DNA from: Xylographa opegraphella
Taxonomy: Eukaryota
Reading direction: 5' to 3'
Assembly: GCA_022813865.1 (NCBI GenBank)
Contig: JALDZX010000009.1
Coordinates: 248,001 to 312,000 of the forward strand
DNA length: 64,000 bases
Shown here: piece by piece, positions 49,036 through 60,873 of the stretch
Numbering within the stretch: position 1 is the first letter of the stretch
How the letters are laid out: each line of letters opens with the position of its first letter
Notes under the pieces: model-generated
Database searches by the model: none
Told to the model about the DNA's origin: nothing
Seen by the model: the letters and a program-made list of their open reading frames with translations, nothing else
Made by a program: the position numbers and the translations under genes

Positions 49036-49785
49036 ATGTCTATATCATTGTATACAACACTCATTCTAGACCTGGGCGATGTGCTCTTCCATTGGTCACC
49101 GGTCACACGAAGCGCCGTCTCAGCCAAGGATCTGAAGAAGATGATATCTTCCAGCATTTGGTCCGAGTATGAACGCGGATTCTTCTCCGAGGAGTGCTGT
49201 TGCGAGAAGCTAGGTCATGCTTACAATTACTCCACTACCGATATCAGAGAAGCGATGGCAGTTGTCAGATCCTCGTTCCAGCTGGACGAGAGCATGTATT
49301 CAGCAGTCTGCGAGCTGAAAAAGGCCTACAATCTACAGGTGATTGTTATGTCTAACATGTCTATACCCGATTATGCTTTGGTCAGAAATCTTTTTCCGGA
49401 TGAGACTGTCTTCGATGAAGTGTTTATATCTGGATTGGTTGGGATGAGGAAGCCGGATCACCAGTATTTCCGTCACGTGCTGGAGGAGACTCGCATTATA
49501 CCACTAAGCGCCATCTTCGTGGATGACAAACTGGTCAACGTGGAATCTGCTCAGTCGTTGGGAATCAAAGGGCTGGTTCGTAAGAACACTGCAGACACGA
49601 TTTGCGAACTTTGGGCCACCCTCGACCACTCGGCAAAACTTTGTCAACAGGTCTTCTATGCTGCATCGAAAGGATTTAGCTCAACTGTCGCCGAAGTAAA
49701 TAGCTTCGACGACGATTGGTCGCCGGTGCAGATTTTGGACATCGATCAAACTACATATGACGACAACGCTACAAACTCTACGTGA
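49036..49785 (+). CDS. HAD-superfamily hydrolase/phosphatase
   Basis: Motif I LILDLGDVLF, motif II MSN, motif III GMRKPD, motif IV IFVDDKLVNV. Confidence 0.88.
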   Translation: MSISLYTTLILDLGDVLFHWSPVTRSAVSAKDLKKMISSSIWSEYERGFFSEECCCEKLGHAYNYSTTDIREAMAVVRSSFQLDESMYSAVCELKKAYNLQVIVMSNMSIPDYALVRNLFPDETVFDEVFISGLVGMRKPDHQYFRHVLEETRIIPLSAIFVDDKLVNVESAQSLGIKGLVRKNTADTICELWATLDHSAKLCQQVFYAASKGFSSTVAEVNSFDDDWSPVQILDIDQTTYDDNATNST

Positions 49786-51645
49786 TCACATCGCCCAGAA
49801 ACCTGCCCAGATGACTAGCCTCTGCAGCACACCCTGCTCAAATCTTCAGACCTACTATCGATTTCAGATTGTGGGGTTCTCACCTACCAGTCGAGACATG
49901 ATCCCCGCTATTCTCGGAATGTGGTGATCTACTTGTACGTACCTCGATGCCCTTCCTACAGCACATGCACTAATAGTCACAGTAAAGCTATACCGGCATC
50001 ATGTATAACCCCTATCGTCGGTTTCGCATATGAACATCTTGGCCATGGCGAGCATCGCCGCCTCCAAACGTTTATGTTTATGTTATTCTCTCCTGAGAAT
50101 TCCAGCGCCACATTATAGCTACATGTCGCTTCAACATATTCGCAGTCGTTAGGAGTATACGTGATTATGGTTTCTCCGGGAGATCTCTCGGCGAGGTCGT
50201 GTCGATGACGGGCACTGGTACCGCATTAGAACCTTGAACAGATAGGGGCTGGGCGAAAATCAATGAACGTAGTAATATGGAGGACTGGATGATAATGTGT
50301 ATACTGCTAACATGTTTGTAAATTATTTCGGTCCTTGTATGATAACCAATATTCTTATACTTGAAAAGAACCAGCTCGTGTCCACGGAGACCCACTCCCA
50401 AAAGCTCACTCAATCCTAGCGCTTCAAATGTGTCATACGGTCAAAGCCATGTCCGGACTTGCCTAACCCTAGGTGGCAACTTTCCCCCGTCCTGGCGAGT
50501 GATAAATGAAGATGAGTCCATGCTACAGCGCTATTCTGAATCAAAGTGCTACGGAAGTGAACTTGTTGATAGACATTACAGCTATGCTTTGCGATGCCGG
50601 AGGTAAGCACGAGTCATCCTTCGCTTACGGAGGCCCGAATTACTCAACTTGACCTTCAGCGCCTTCCCTATACCTTCACGATCATGTCTCTGAAGGACCA
50701 TCCAGCCCCATCATTTCCATCAAGTTCAGTTTACAATGAGTCAGTGCCTCTGAAACGCATGACTCACCCAGGTTGCTCTCAGAAATGTCACCAGGATCTT
50801 CAATGCAAAGCTACGCGTACTGTATCTTCGGCTCCAAAGATGCGTTCCTCTACGCCAGACACTGCTCACTTTCGCATCTACGCAACGGCTGGGTGGACTT
50901 CTGGTCCTGAGCGTGCTTTCACTCCCTTCTTACTCACTCTCGTCGTATCTGCTCGGTCTACCGCTGCCCCTCAACTTCTCTCATGATCCTTTCTTGCTGC
51001 TCTTGTGGGTAGATTAGCTCGATGTTGTAAGATATGCGAGCACACTTGAACCCCCTGGGGTTGATACACACGATGCACATGCTCCATGAATCATGTATGA
51101 CATTCTGCTATGCACGAGTCTGGTAGCTAATGCTTGCAGACACGGTGTGCTGCTCACGGAGAAGCCCACGCGGGATGATCATTGACTGGCTGTTCATACC
51201 GCTGGAAAAACAGCCGCCACCACCAGAAGCAGTCAGGATTAGGAATATACCTTAATGCTTTGGGCTCGGGTGGATAGCTTGTTTTCAAAGGTTGGGGGCA
51301 TCCGGTTGCCAAAATTTCAAAAGCATGGTATGTTGTTATTACAAAGCGAAAAGCGATTGGTCAGTGGTATAGGACTAATCCCATACTAGACTAGTCGCAT
51401 ACTTTACCCTAAATTTCGCTAACCAGATAGCATTAAAGCCTTCGTTTCCGCGTGATGATTGGAAATTCAGACCACTCGAAGTCTCCCTTCACGAACCTAT
51501 TGATAATCGGATTATAAAGATCGAAACCTATCGAAGTCTTACTGATGCCTTGAAGTAAGTGGAATGTCACGTTTGTTTCCTGAAATAATTGCAACGACTG
51601 CGTGCTAAGCTGTCATCCCCCATCCTTCATTTACACATATAAATT

Positions 51646-52448
51646 ATGTCTAACCGATCACCAGTCGTTCTCATTCTTGGTTACGGGCCCATATTGGGCA
51701 GAACGTGTCTCGAGCTTTTGCTGCGAAAGGCTACAAAGTCGCTCTAGCATCGAGAAGATTAAAGGAAGAAGACAGCACGTCGGATCAAGTCAATATCTCG
51801 AGTGACTTGTCAGACCCAAACTCTGTTATCAAGATATTGTCGAAAGTTAAAGTATTACTGGGCCCCCCAAGCGTTGTTGTTTACAATGGTAAGATGAACG
51901 TCGACCCCTTAATGCTTCACCGACATGTTGTTAACATTCTTAAAGCTGCTGCAGCAACCTTGAGTGACGAGAAGAATCCACTCTCTCTGGCTCTGGATAA
52001 TTTCGTTCGAGATTTGAATGTCAATACAACCAGCGCCTTTGTCGCTGCTCAGCAAGCCGTCGTAGGATTCGAGCAGCTCCCAGACTCTGCGTCAAAAACA
52101 TTTATCTATACTGGCAACATATTGAATACGACGACCATGGTACCCTTGATGGATGCAGGTGCCGGTAAATTGGCGACAGCCCACATAATTGAATGTGCTG
52201 CAATAGCATATAAAGATCAAGGATACAAGTACGTTTTCCTCACTCCGATCTTGCCTGCGATGAAACTGACAAAGTACAGATTTTATTATGCAGACGAACG
52301 AAAAGCCGATGGTTCGGCTGCATGCTTCGACATTGACGGAGAAGCACATGGAAGTTTATATATACAGCTCGCAGAGGGCCGATTGCAAGGGCCTTGGCTG
52401 CAGACATTTGTCAAAGGGGTTGGATACAAGCACTTTCAAACCGGCTGA
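51646..52448 (+). CDS. Short-chain dehydrogenase/reductase with an apparent 1-nt frameshift near 51688 (pseudogene or sequence error)
   Basis: ATG 51646 MSNRSPVVLILGYGP is out of frame with HIGQNVSRAFAAKGYKVALASR; VVVYN, TFIYTGN, FYYADER; two short introns. Confidence 0.8.
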
Positions 52449-53194
52449 TAACTGCGGTCATGGGCTTTAAGACTGCGGTTGTGGGGTTATTCTGGGCTCT
52501 TTTCGATTCTACACTAGATCTAGACCTTCGAATAACAAATTGAATCGAAAGTGTGTAAGAATCGGTTCTTCTATTTGTTGAACGATTGGTTTGGGGCTTA
52601 TCCGTGGAATTCCCAGATCCCAGGTTAATTGAGGTAACAGACCTGATTTAAAAAGCTTTTATGTGTTGGTTTCATGTAGCATTGCCATTTTTACTATGTG
52701 CTGGTTGCAGTGTAGCTGCTCTAACACGATAAGTTGATCGAGGGGGTTCAAAAGCTGGTGTTCGGAGACTAGTGGTGCACATTGTTCCGCGCCGAAGGGC
52801 TGGCTTCCCCTTTTGCGGCTTAGATCTCTTCCATATTAGCACTCTTCTGTACGGAGTATGCGAATTTAACCGACCACTTGCATCATATGGCCTTTTTTTG
52901 GTATCACATTCTTTTGCCTGTTGTCTCAACTTCAGACGATGAAGCACAAGAGTCTATCTAAGAACTCTGAGGCTCATTTAACACTGTACTTTCCGAGGCT
53001 ACGTATGGACGAGGCCGAGTTTGCCGTCACTCATCGTTTGCAGCATGTCCATGCGACATGTTACTCAAAGTGGTAAGGATCGTCAACGTGCTGTCATATC
53101 GCCTGGCTCCAGTGTCATTGCTCTTGAAGCAAGACCTCGCTGAGTGGCTCCTCACCAACATTCTGTATACGTTCAAAGCTGTGGTAAAAGCAGA

Positions 53195-54633
53195 ATGACT
53201 CGAAATCAGAGTATTCCCCTCCAGGGCTCGTTACCGCCAGACGTTGGCGAGCAACATGCCCACGATACTGAACAACATGCACCCAACCTCGATCCTGCCC
53301 AAGCAAGGCAATGGGACTCGAGTAGGAAGAGGGCTTGCGTTCTCGTGGGCTCCGCCGTCTTGCAGCTACCGATATGGGGTAGGCAAAGGCCCACATTCGG
53401 ATCGCAATTCTACTCACAAGTACAGGCTTCGCCATGAATTACGGCGTCTTTCAAGAATATTATTCCGATAAGTGGACGCTGCAGGGGAGTCAAGAACTTA
53501 CCGGTATCATTGGTACCACTTCTAACGGCGTCATGTATCTCTCTATGCCTTTCCTATTCGCGCTGTTCACTAAAAGATGGGCTCGTAGGCGCCAGACCGC
53601 TGCTCTTTGCGGCGCGGCGCTTACATCTATCAGCTTTCTTTTGTCCTCCTTCAGTACTCACGTGTGGCATCTAGTTGCGACACAGGGAGTCATGGCAGCG
53701 TTAGGATGTGCTCTTATCTACAGCCCCATCACACTGTCACTCGGCGAATGGTTTAACAATAGAAATCGGGCTGTGGCCTACGGAGTGGTTTTGTCCTGTA
53801 AAAACATTGTGGGGTCTGCTTGTCCGTTTCTGTTGCGCAATCTTCTTGATCACTATGGCTTTCGCACAACATTGAGGATATGGACCGCTATTGCAGCCGG
53901 AACAAGCATTCCGGCAATCTTCTTGATATCAACTCATCCTTCGAGTATATCCTCGAACGTTCATCAGATACCGAAGATCCCCTGGCATTTCCTGAAACAC
54001 CGGACCTTCTACATCTATAGCGTCGCCATCATACTTCAAAGTTCTGGTTACGGTATACCGCAAACTTACCTGAACACGTACGCCCACGAAGTCACTCTGC
54101 TGTCTCAGAGCTCGGCCACCATTTTGCTCACCCTCTTCAACATCCCTGGCATCATCGCCTCGTCCTTTTTTGGCTACTTGAGCGACAACAAGCACTTCCC
54201 GCTGTCCGCTACGACTGTCACTTCCATCTCCGCCGTCAGCTCTGCCCTGTCTGCTTTCCTTCTTTGGGGCCTGGCGTCACAAGGAAGCATGACGCTTTTG
54301 GTCTTGTTCTCAATCACCTTTGGCTTCTTTGCCGGCGGCTACAGCGCGACATGGGGAGGCGTCATCAATGAGCTCGAAATCGAAGCCGCGCAGAGGAACG
54401 AGGCCATTGACACGGGAATGCTGTACGGTCTGCTGAACGGAGCCAGAGGCATTGGATATGTGAGCGGTGGGCTTGCAGGTGTCCCGCTGCTCAGAGCTGG
54501 GAGTTCTAGCGCGTTGGGAAGCTTTGGTTATGGGACGACTTATGGACCGCTTATCATATTCACTGGTCTCTCGTCAGTCTTCGGCGGCTGGGGTTTACTG
54601 TGGAAGTGGAAGCAGTTGCTGCATTTGATGTGA
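53195..54633 (+). CDS. MFS transporter, monocarboxylate-porter-like (2 exons)
   Basis: About 12 TM helices; QLPIWG|FAMNYGVFQEYY, TQGVMAALG, EWFNNRNRAVAYG, FGYLSD. Confidence 0.9.
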
Positions 54634-56965
54634 TAACATCATGATCACGGTCTTCGCGGCAGGTCACTCCCTGTAGCCTGATTCTGCGCCGCATCAGAGG
54701 ACAAACGGGACAACCTTGTGGTTTAGCCATGCTCTGAGGTAGAATTATAGCAGTCGAGAATGTTGATCGAATGAATTATGGGAGAAGACGAGATGAACAA
54801 GCTCCAGAAGGGGGAGTTGCAATTGCATTCGCACAATTTATCATAATAGCAATGCCACGATGTCCTCCGTAATCACAGACCATGAAACATTCTTTTCCTC
54901 TTCGCAATCCGGGCATCACCATCACGTATACAGTAGGTAGGTACACTTATATCATAAACCTTCTCACAAAAGAAATTACCACAGCTTAGACGATCTACCA
55001 ACCGCGGAAAAAGAAACAAGTCTGCACTAGTCTACTTATCCACAGTCTCATGCTATACTCAGCGAGGAGGACAATCTATTCAAGCGATATAAGAAAAGTA
55101 CGATCTCACACGCCGCCCGACCATCGTTCTTTCCACCGACAGGACCGATTTCGAAAACACCACGCAGACACCACACAGCGACAAGAAATCCCGCCTCCCA
55201 AACGCATGCGCATCAGCAATTCCAGCACGCCGAAACAGGCCATAAGCAAACACAGCCCGCCACTGACGAACTTCTCCGCCCGGATGGAGAAAGTTGATCG
55301 TGAAGCCAGCGTATCGCAAAGGGCGTTACCACCCGACAACCACCCATACTCCGTACAAGACCACAAACACTCATCGCAGCAAAACAGCAGAGACTTGCCA
55401 TACCCACCACACCCGCTCCCAAGCACAAGCCGCACATTATTGTTTGTGGATTCTTCGTAGACTACAGTACCTTGGACACCAACCACCCCCCTCGGAACAC
55501 GTGCCCGCCACGCACCGCTCTCCACTCCACGCACCTTACGTTATCGACAACCACCCGCTCCCGGGTCCACAGCGGCGGAGTCGCACAAGCGGCAACCCAC
55601 CAACCGGCATTCGATTGGGGGAGGCGGCGCCTCCCCGATGTACCATGTAGATTATCGTTAATCGAAGCCACCAACAGGTGGGGGATAAGGTTACCCGGGC
55701 CCGGTACCACGATTCGGGAGATGGGCGCGGGAAAGGGTTTGGGCAAGTCGATAAGATGATTTCCGTAGGGAATGGGGTGCGTGGGCAGTGGGTACCTTAT
55801 GGTGGGTAGTTTACCACAAGGGAGATACTACCTACGCACAACAACTTCACGTGATATACGAAATTACACTTCTGACCTCCAACCACGGTAAAGTCCAGCA
55901 CGAAAAACTGCATCCACGCACCCGACACAACCGATGCGGAGAACCCCGTTTTATCCGGGCAGCGGGTCGGAATTTTCCAATTGCCTCCTTCGATCCCCAT
56001 GCCCCCTGAAGGAGCAAGGACCGAGGATCTGGGCGAAGTAGCGTGGAATTGTGCGGGTGGGGAGGCAGCCCAGATGCAGTGGGTGGGAAAAAACCAGCTG
56101 CAAGCAGGGCACTGCTACGGGATCCATGGTAAGGTAGATTCCTTGAGTCCACACGCACGCCCAGGTGTGCTCCGCGACTCTGGGATTTCCACAAGCGGTG
56201 TTTTTGCCTACCGCAGTAAAGGTAGGTAGGTAGAATAGAGACGGGGATGGGGGTGTTCTCCGCGGGGTTTAGCCGTGGTTGGGTTTGGGCGGTGTGTGGG
56301 GACGTCGGGGATGGGGGAATGGCTCTTGTCCTATGGGATCGGTGGTGGTCGCAGACCGATGGTTGCGTGCATGAGGTGGGTGGATGGACAATTCATGTGC
56401 CAGAGGGCCCCGTTGTTTGTGAACAGTTACCGAAGGTATGTGCCCGAAGCGACGATGCGGCCGGGAAGCGTGCGTTTCGTGTGTGCGACGTCGTTGTAGA
56501 CGACGTCTCGTGGTCACTTTTAACGACGTCGATAGTGATAGGGGTGGGGTTGGGAGCAGAGTAGAGGTTCACGACATGTCATGGTCACACACAGGCATAG
56601 ATAGTGAGTGATAATGAAAGATTTAGATTTGGTCGTGGGTATAGAGTGGTTCAGCCGTTTCAAGGACATTTGGTCCGTCATCCCAGCGACGCATTGCGCT
56701 CCTGATCGTTAAAAAAGCCCCGTCCACTGGGCGCGTAACGGCTGCCAAAACCCCCTAAAAGTCTATGTACCGTTTGAAGTGAAGAAGGAGAATAAGCACC
56801 CATCATTCGTAGGGAAGGGGGGTTCGTCGTGCGAGGAAAAAAAAGTCCCAGCTTTAGGTCGTCCATCAATGAAAGCCCTATCCTATTGACAACAGAAGAA
56901 AGCGTGAACCAGCCATGCGGCGCAATCGAGCCTCGGGCTCAAGATTGGCGTGGATACTGCCTCTT

Positions 56966-57574
56966 TCATCTGCGCATGCCCATCTGACCGCGGGGTGCAC
57001 GACGCGCGTGGTCGTGGAGGGAGCGCGCGTCGTTACCGTGTGCGCGTGCATGGGCGTGAGCTGCCGCATCTCTCTTGGACGCGGTCAGGTTGGGGCAAAG
57101 AGTCATGGTCAAGTCCGAGCTCGACTCGCACACGGCAGTGGCCCAGTTGTCCTCGGGGAGCGTGTAGGCAGCGTGACAAGATCCTTGGCCGGCAGGGCAG
57201 GTGACTTCGCGGCAGGCTGACTCCGATGGGACGAGTGCAAGGCCGTCGTCGGAGAATGGGAAGCCGTTCACGTTGGAGACGTCGTACCAAAGTTGACTAC
57301 CGTCCAGGGTGTATTCGAATTGCGTGATGGTGTCCTCGTTGCCGAGAGCCGTGGAGATTTTGATGGAGATGCCACCGCCCTCGGAACGGGTCTGGTACTC
57401 TTCCTTGTATGGCTTTCCGTGCGGCTCAATGGTGACCATCTCACTGGAGCTGTCCCCGACAGACCAAAGATACACTGGGTAGGCACATTCGTTGTTGACT
57501 ATGGCCGAGCTTGCTTGAGCATTTGAGGCGAAGGCTAGCACTGCTGCCAACGCGCTGATCTTCGTGAACTGCAT
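56966..57574 (-). CDS. Secreted Bys1-family (thaumatin-like fold) protein with His-rich C-terminal tail
   Basis: Signal peptide MQFTKISALAAVLAFASNAQA; AIVNNECAYPVYLWSV, GGISIKIS, TQFEYTL..LWYDVSNVNGFPF, AYTLPED. Confidence 0.85.
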   Translation of the reverse strand: MQFTKISALAAVLAFASNAQASSAIVNNECAYPVYLWSVGDSSSEMVTIEPHGKPYKEEYQTRSEGGGISIKISTALGNEDTITQFEYTLDGSQLWYDVSNVNGFPFSDDGLALVPSESACREVTCPAGQGSCHAAYTLPEDNWATAVCESSSDLTMTLCPNLTASKRDAAAHAHARAHGNDARSLHDHARRAPRGQMGMRR

Positions 57575-59388
57575 GATGAGAACTGGAAAGGATCGTGATG
57601 GTCTTTTATATTGTAATTTGATTCGATGCGCCGGGCTTGATTCGTAGAGTATTGGTCGCGCAAATGAATATATATAAAGGGGCGAGCGAATAAAGACTTC
57701 CAGAAGTAGGAGAGGGGAATTGATCTCGTGAGAGAATGAGTAATGCTGTATGAGCAAAGGAGTGTGAGTTAGATGGCAATGGCACAATGAGTGTGGCCTG
57801 CAGTGAATGAAAGACTGATTGTGATAGAGGACAAAGGAGGAGACTGGGCGCACCATTCCTTTATCCCCTCGTCCCGTGGCAGACCAGCCTAGCGATCAAG
57901 ATTTTCCTCCGCTTCCATTCCAATTCATGATAATTGGACGAACATGACGCGAGAAGGGTTTAGCCAGGGGTGTCCGAGCCGTCTGGCGGCAGATCCCCGT
58001 TCTGACAAGGTTATAGCGTCGGTAGGTTGGAAAGCCCACTCACGAACAAGGCCCCAAAGGTTGCCTACCCCTGTCGTAGGCCCTCGCGCCCGAACCGTAC
58101 CTGATCCTTGGGCTGCGCCCAGTCGGAGGCCTGCAACGATCGATGCCGCATGCAATTCGTGGCAGACAATGGCGTCCATGTGTCGCGAGTCGCGACAACG
58201 ACAACTTCAGTGGTTCGCTAAGTGGTCAAGCCATGGAAGCGCAAAGGGAATGGACAGCGCACGAGTCTCTACTCTGCAACCAAATATTGAAGGCTCCCAA
58301 CCGAGAAAGTCTTTCACTTTTTGGACGGTTCACACATGGTTGGCATATCGAAAAGGCATGCGCTGCCGCGGTTCCTGTAATAAGTGGGCCGGGCCCACAT
58401 GCTCCGTCGACTCCGCTGACGTTAAGATTTGCTATTTCGTCAAGTCATAACGGTTCAACGGCGCGAGCCGGCTCCTGTTGGGAGTTGATCTCCCGCTGAT
58501 GTTCTCCGATCCCACCCTTCCTACCGGCGTCGAGCTTTTCAGTCGGTAAAGCCTTTCGGAGGATTTGCTGATGGGCGATGGCCCGGGGAGAGTGCCGTAA
58601 TAGGGTTGCTACCACTGGCTATTATCAGACCAATCATATTTATCTCTCATACTAAAACAGATCCACTTGACACTTCACATGAAATGTACGCAGTGGGAAG
58701 CACATCATGTGAAGTCGCACAAAACAGCGGCAATTTGAAGGCCTGTCAATAGCACCGTGGAGATCCATACCTTACAAATAGGAAAACTTCAAACAATCGG
58801 CCAACGTTTCCACAATCTTTCATGACAAAGTGACGCAAAGCGAGTTGATGGCATGCACATTCATCAGAAAATACGGAATAGAGGGCGCCTGAGCCAACGA
58901 GCTGACAACGCATATTGGCGACGCACCTTTATCTTCAATCGTGGCCAATGATTCCATAAACATAACTCATTGGACAAGAGACACCAAGGGATTTTCCACT
59001 CGCAGTAGGACAGTCATATGCTCGCGCACAAGGATGGCGGTCAGGAAAGATGTTCCAATTGTGCTTCCACCCACCAAAAGGCTGTGCAAAAGCGTGAAAG
59101 GCCTTTGTATGAATTTTCTAAGTAGGTCGTGCTGAGAACTACCGAGCAAGCTGAGATGTGCTGGAAACCACAGCATGCATGTTCAAAGCTACGCTTCTAC
59201 GCGAATTGTTCGTCCCGAAAGACTAAATTTTGACCTCATTTGCGTCATTTGTGTAACTTGAATCCACAAGACCTGTTGTTTGGATATTTTGACGCCGATG
59301 AAACACAGCATTCAGCAGCGCTGAGCTGTCCCGACATCTGCCTATTCGTCTTCTGTCTCTTCCTTTCTAAGCACATCACTCTCAAGCC

Positions 59389-60873
59389 ATGCGGCGCAAT
59401 CAGGGCTTCCTCCCTTCCCATGAACCACTCCGCGAAAACCCTCACCTGAACATCCGCCACGAGCTCACAACCGGTCCCTTTCCCTTCCTGAACCCCACAC
59501 GCGCACACTACATCCACTCCTCGCTCACACACCCGCTCACCGGCCACGCTCTGAACCCAGACCCTACGACGAAAACCCCCTTACCAGACAATCCGGAACC
59601 CACCACAAGCTCCGCCCCCGACGTCGAAAAATCCAGCTTCCCCAACAGCAACGACCAGCTCTCCTCCGACATAGAATTCCGATGGCGATCCCGCGACAAC
59701 CGTAAGGGGCGCCACACCCTCGTCATCACACGCGCCAAAGACGACAGCTCCGCCAGATACATAATCCCGAAATGCACACACACGCTCCGCGAGGCCGCGC
59801 ACGGCATCTGGAGAATGTGCACGCAATTCCCGTACTGGGACGTCTCCTGGCTGGTGGCCATAGTATTCACCTTGGGCTCCGTGATCTGGTGTATCAATGG
59901 CTGCTTCGTCTGGCTGCCCGACGTCGCGCCGAGCTCCGAGTTCCCCACCGAGATCGTGCAGGGCGGTGGCATCACGGCCTTTATCGGCGCAACGGTGTTT
60001 GAGATCGGCTCCGTGCTGTTGATGGTCGAGGCCGTGAACGACAATCGCACGGGCTGCTTCGGGTGGGCGGTCGAGCAGGTGCTGGAGGAAGGGAGGACGC
60101 GGCTGCGGCCCAGCAGAAACGAGTGCTGCCATCATCACACGAACCCGAAGAATTTCGTGGGAAAGGGGGTCGTCAGTAAGGCGGAGACGGCGCTGAGTTC
60201 GGCGTCGTCGGAGGCATCGGCCAACGTGCATGGAGACAAGGCGGCGCAAGACACACGCGAAGCAAGGTCGTGGCAGTGGTTCCCCTCCGCACACGAGCTG
60301 AAGATGCATTACCTGCGGGACATTGGCTTTCTCGCCTGCTCATCACAGATGTTCGGGGCGTCGGTGTTTTGGATCAGCGGCTTCACGGCGCTGCCAGGCA
60401 TCAACAACAAAATGTCCCAAGGGCTGCTCGACGGCATATACTGGACCCCACAAGTCGTCGGAGGCATGGGCTTCGTGGTCTCCGGGTACGTATCGTCCTG
60501 TCCCCCAAAAACACCGGAGTGCAAGGCTGACAAACGACCGACAAGCACGCTCTTCATGCTCGAAACGCAGAAGAAGTGGTACAGACCCGCCTTCGGCGTC
60601 CTCGGCTGGCACATCGGCTTCTGGAACCTGATCGGCGCCATCGGCTTCACGGTGCGTTGGCCCCCTTGAACCAGCACTCTCCTACTATACTCCATACTGA
60701 TAATCTGCCAGCTGTGCGGAGCCCTCGGGCCCGATTATCTCAACGGCGGCGCGCAGTACCAAGCGAGCCTCGCCACCTTCTGGGCAAGCTGGGCTTTCCT
60801 GATCGGGAGCGTGATACAGTGGTACGAGAGCCTGGACACGCACCCCGTGGAGGAGAAGGGGGAGGACGACTGA
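59389..60873 (+). CDS. Fungal integral membrane protein (YrhK-like repeats), 3 exons
   Basis: WRSRDNRKGRH, PYWDVSWLVAIVFTLGSVIWCING, GWHIGFWNLIGAIGFT|LCGALG..TFWASWAFLIGSVIQWYESL; stop at 60871-60873. Confidence 0.85.

Noticed and set aside
55050..56570. Cys-rich short ORFs on both strands
   Set aside because: Could not build a consistent spliced model or recognise a family.
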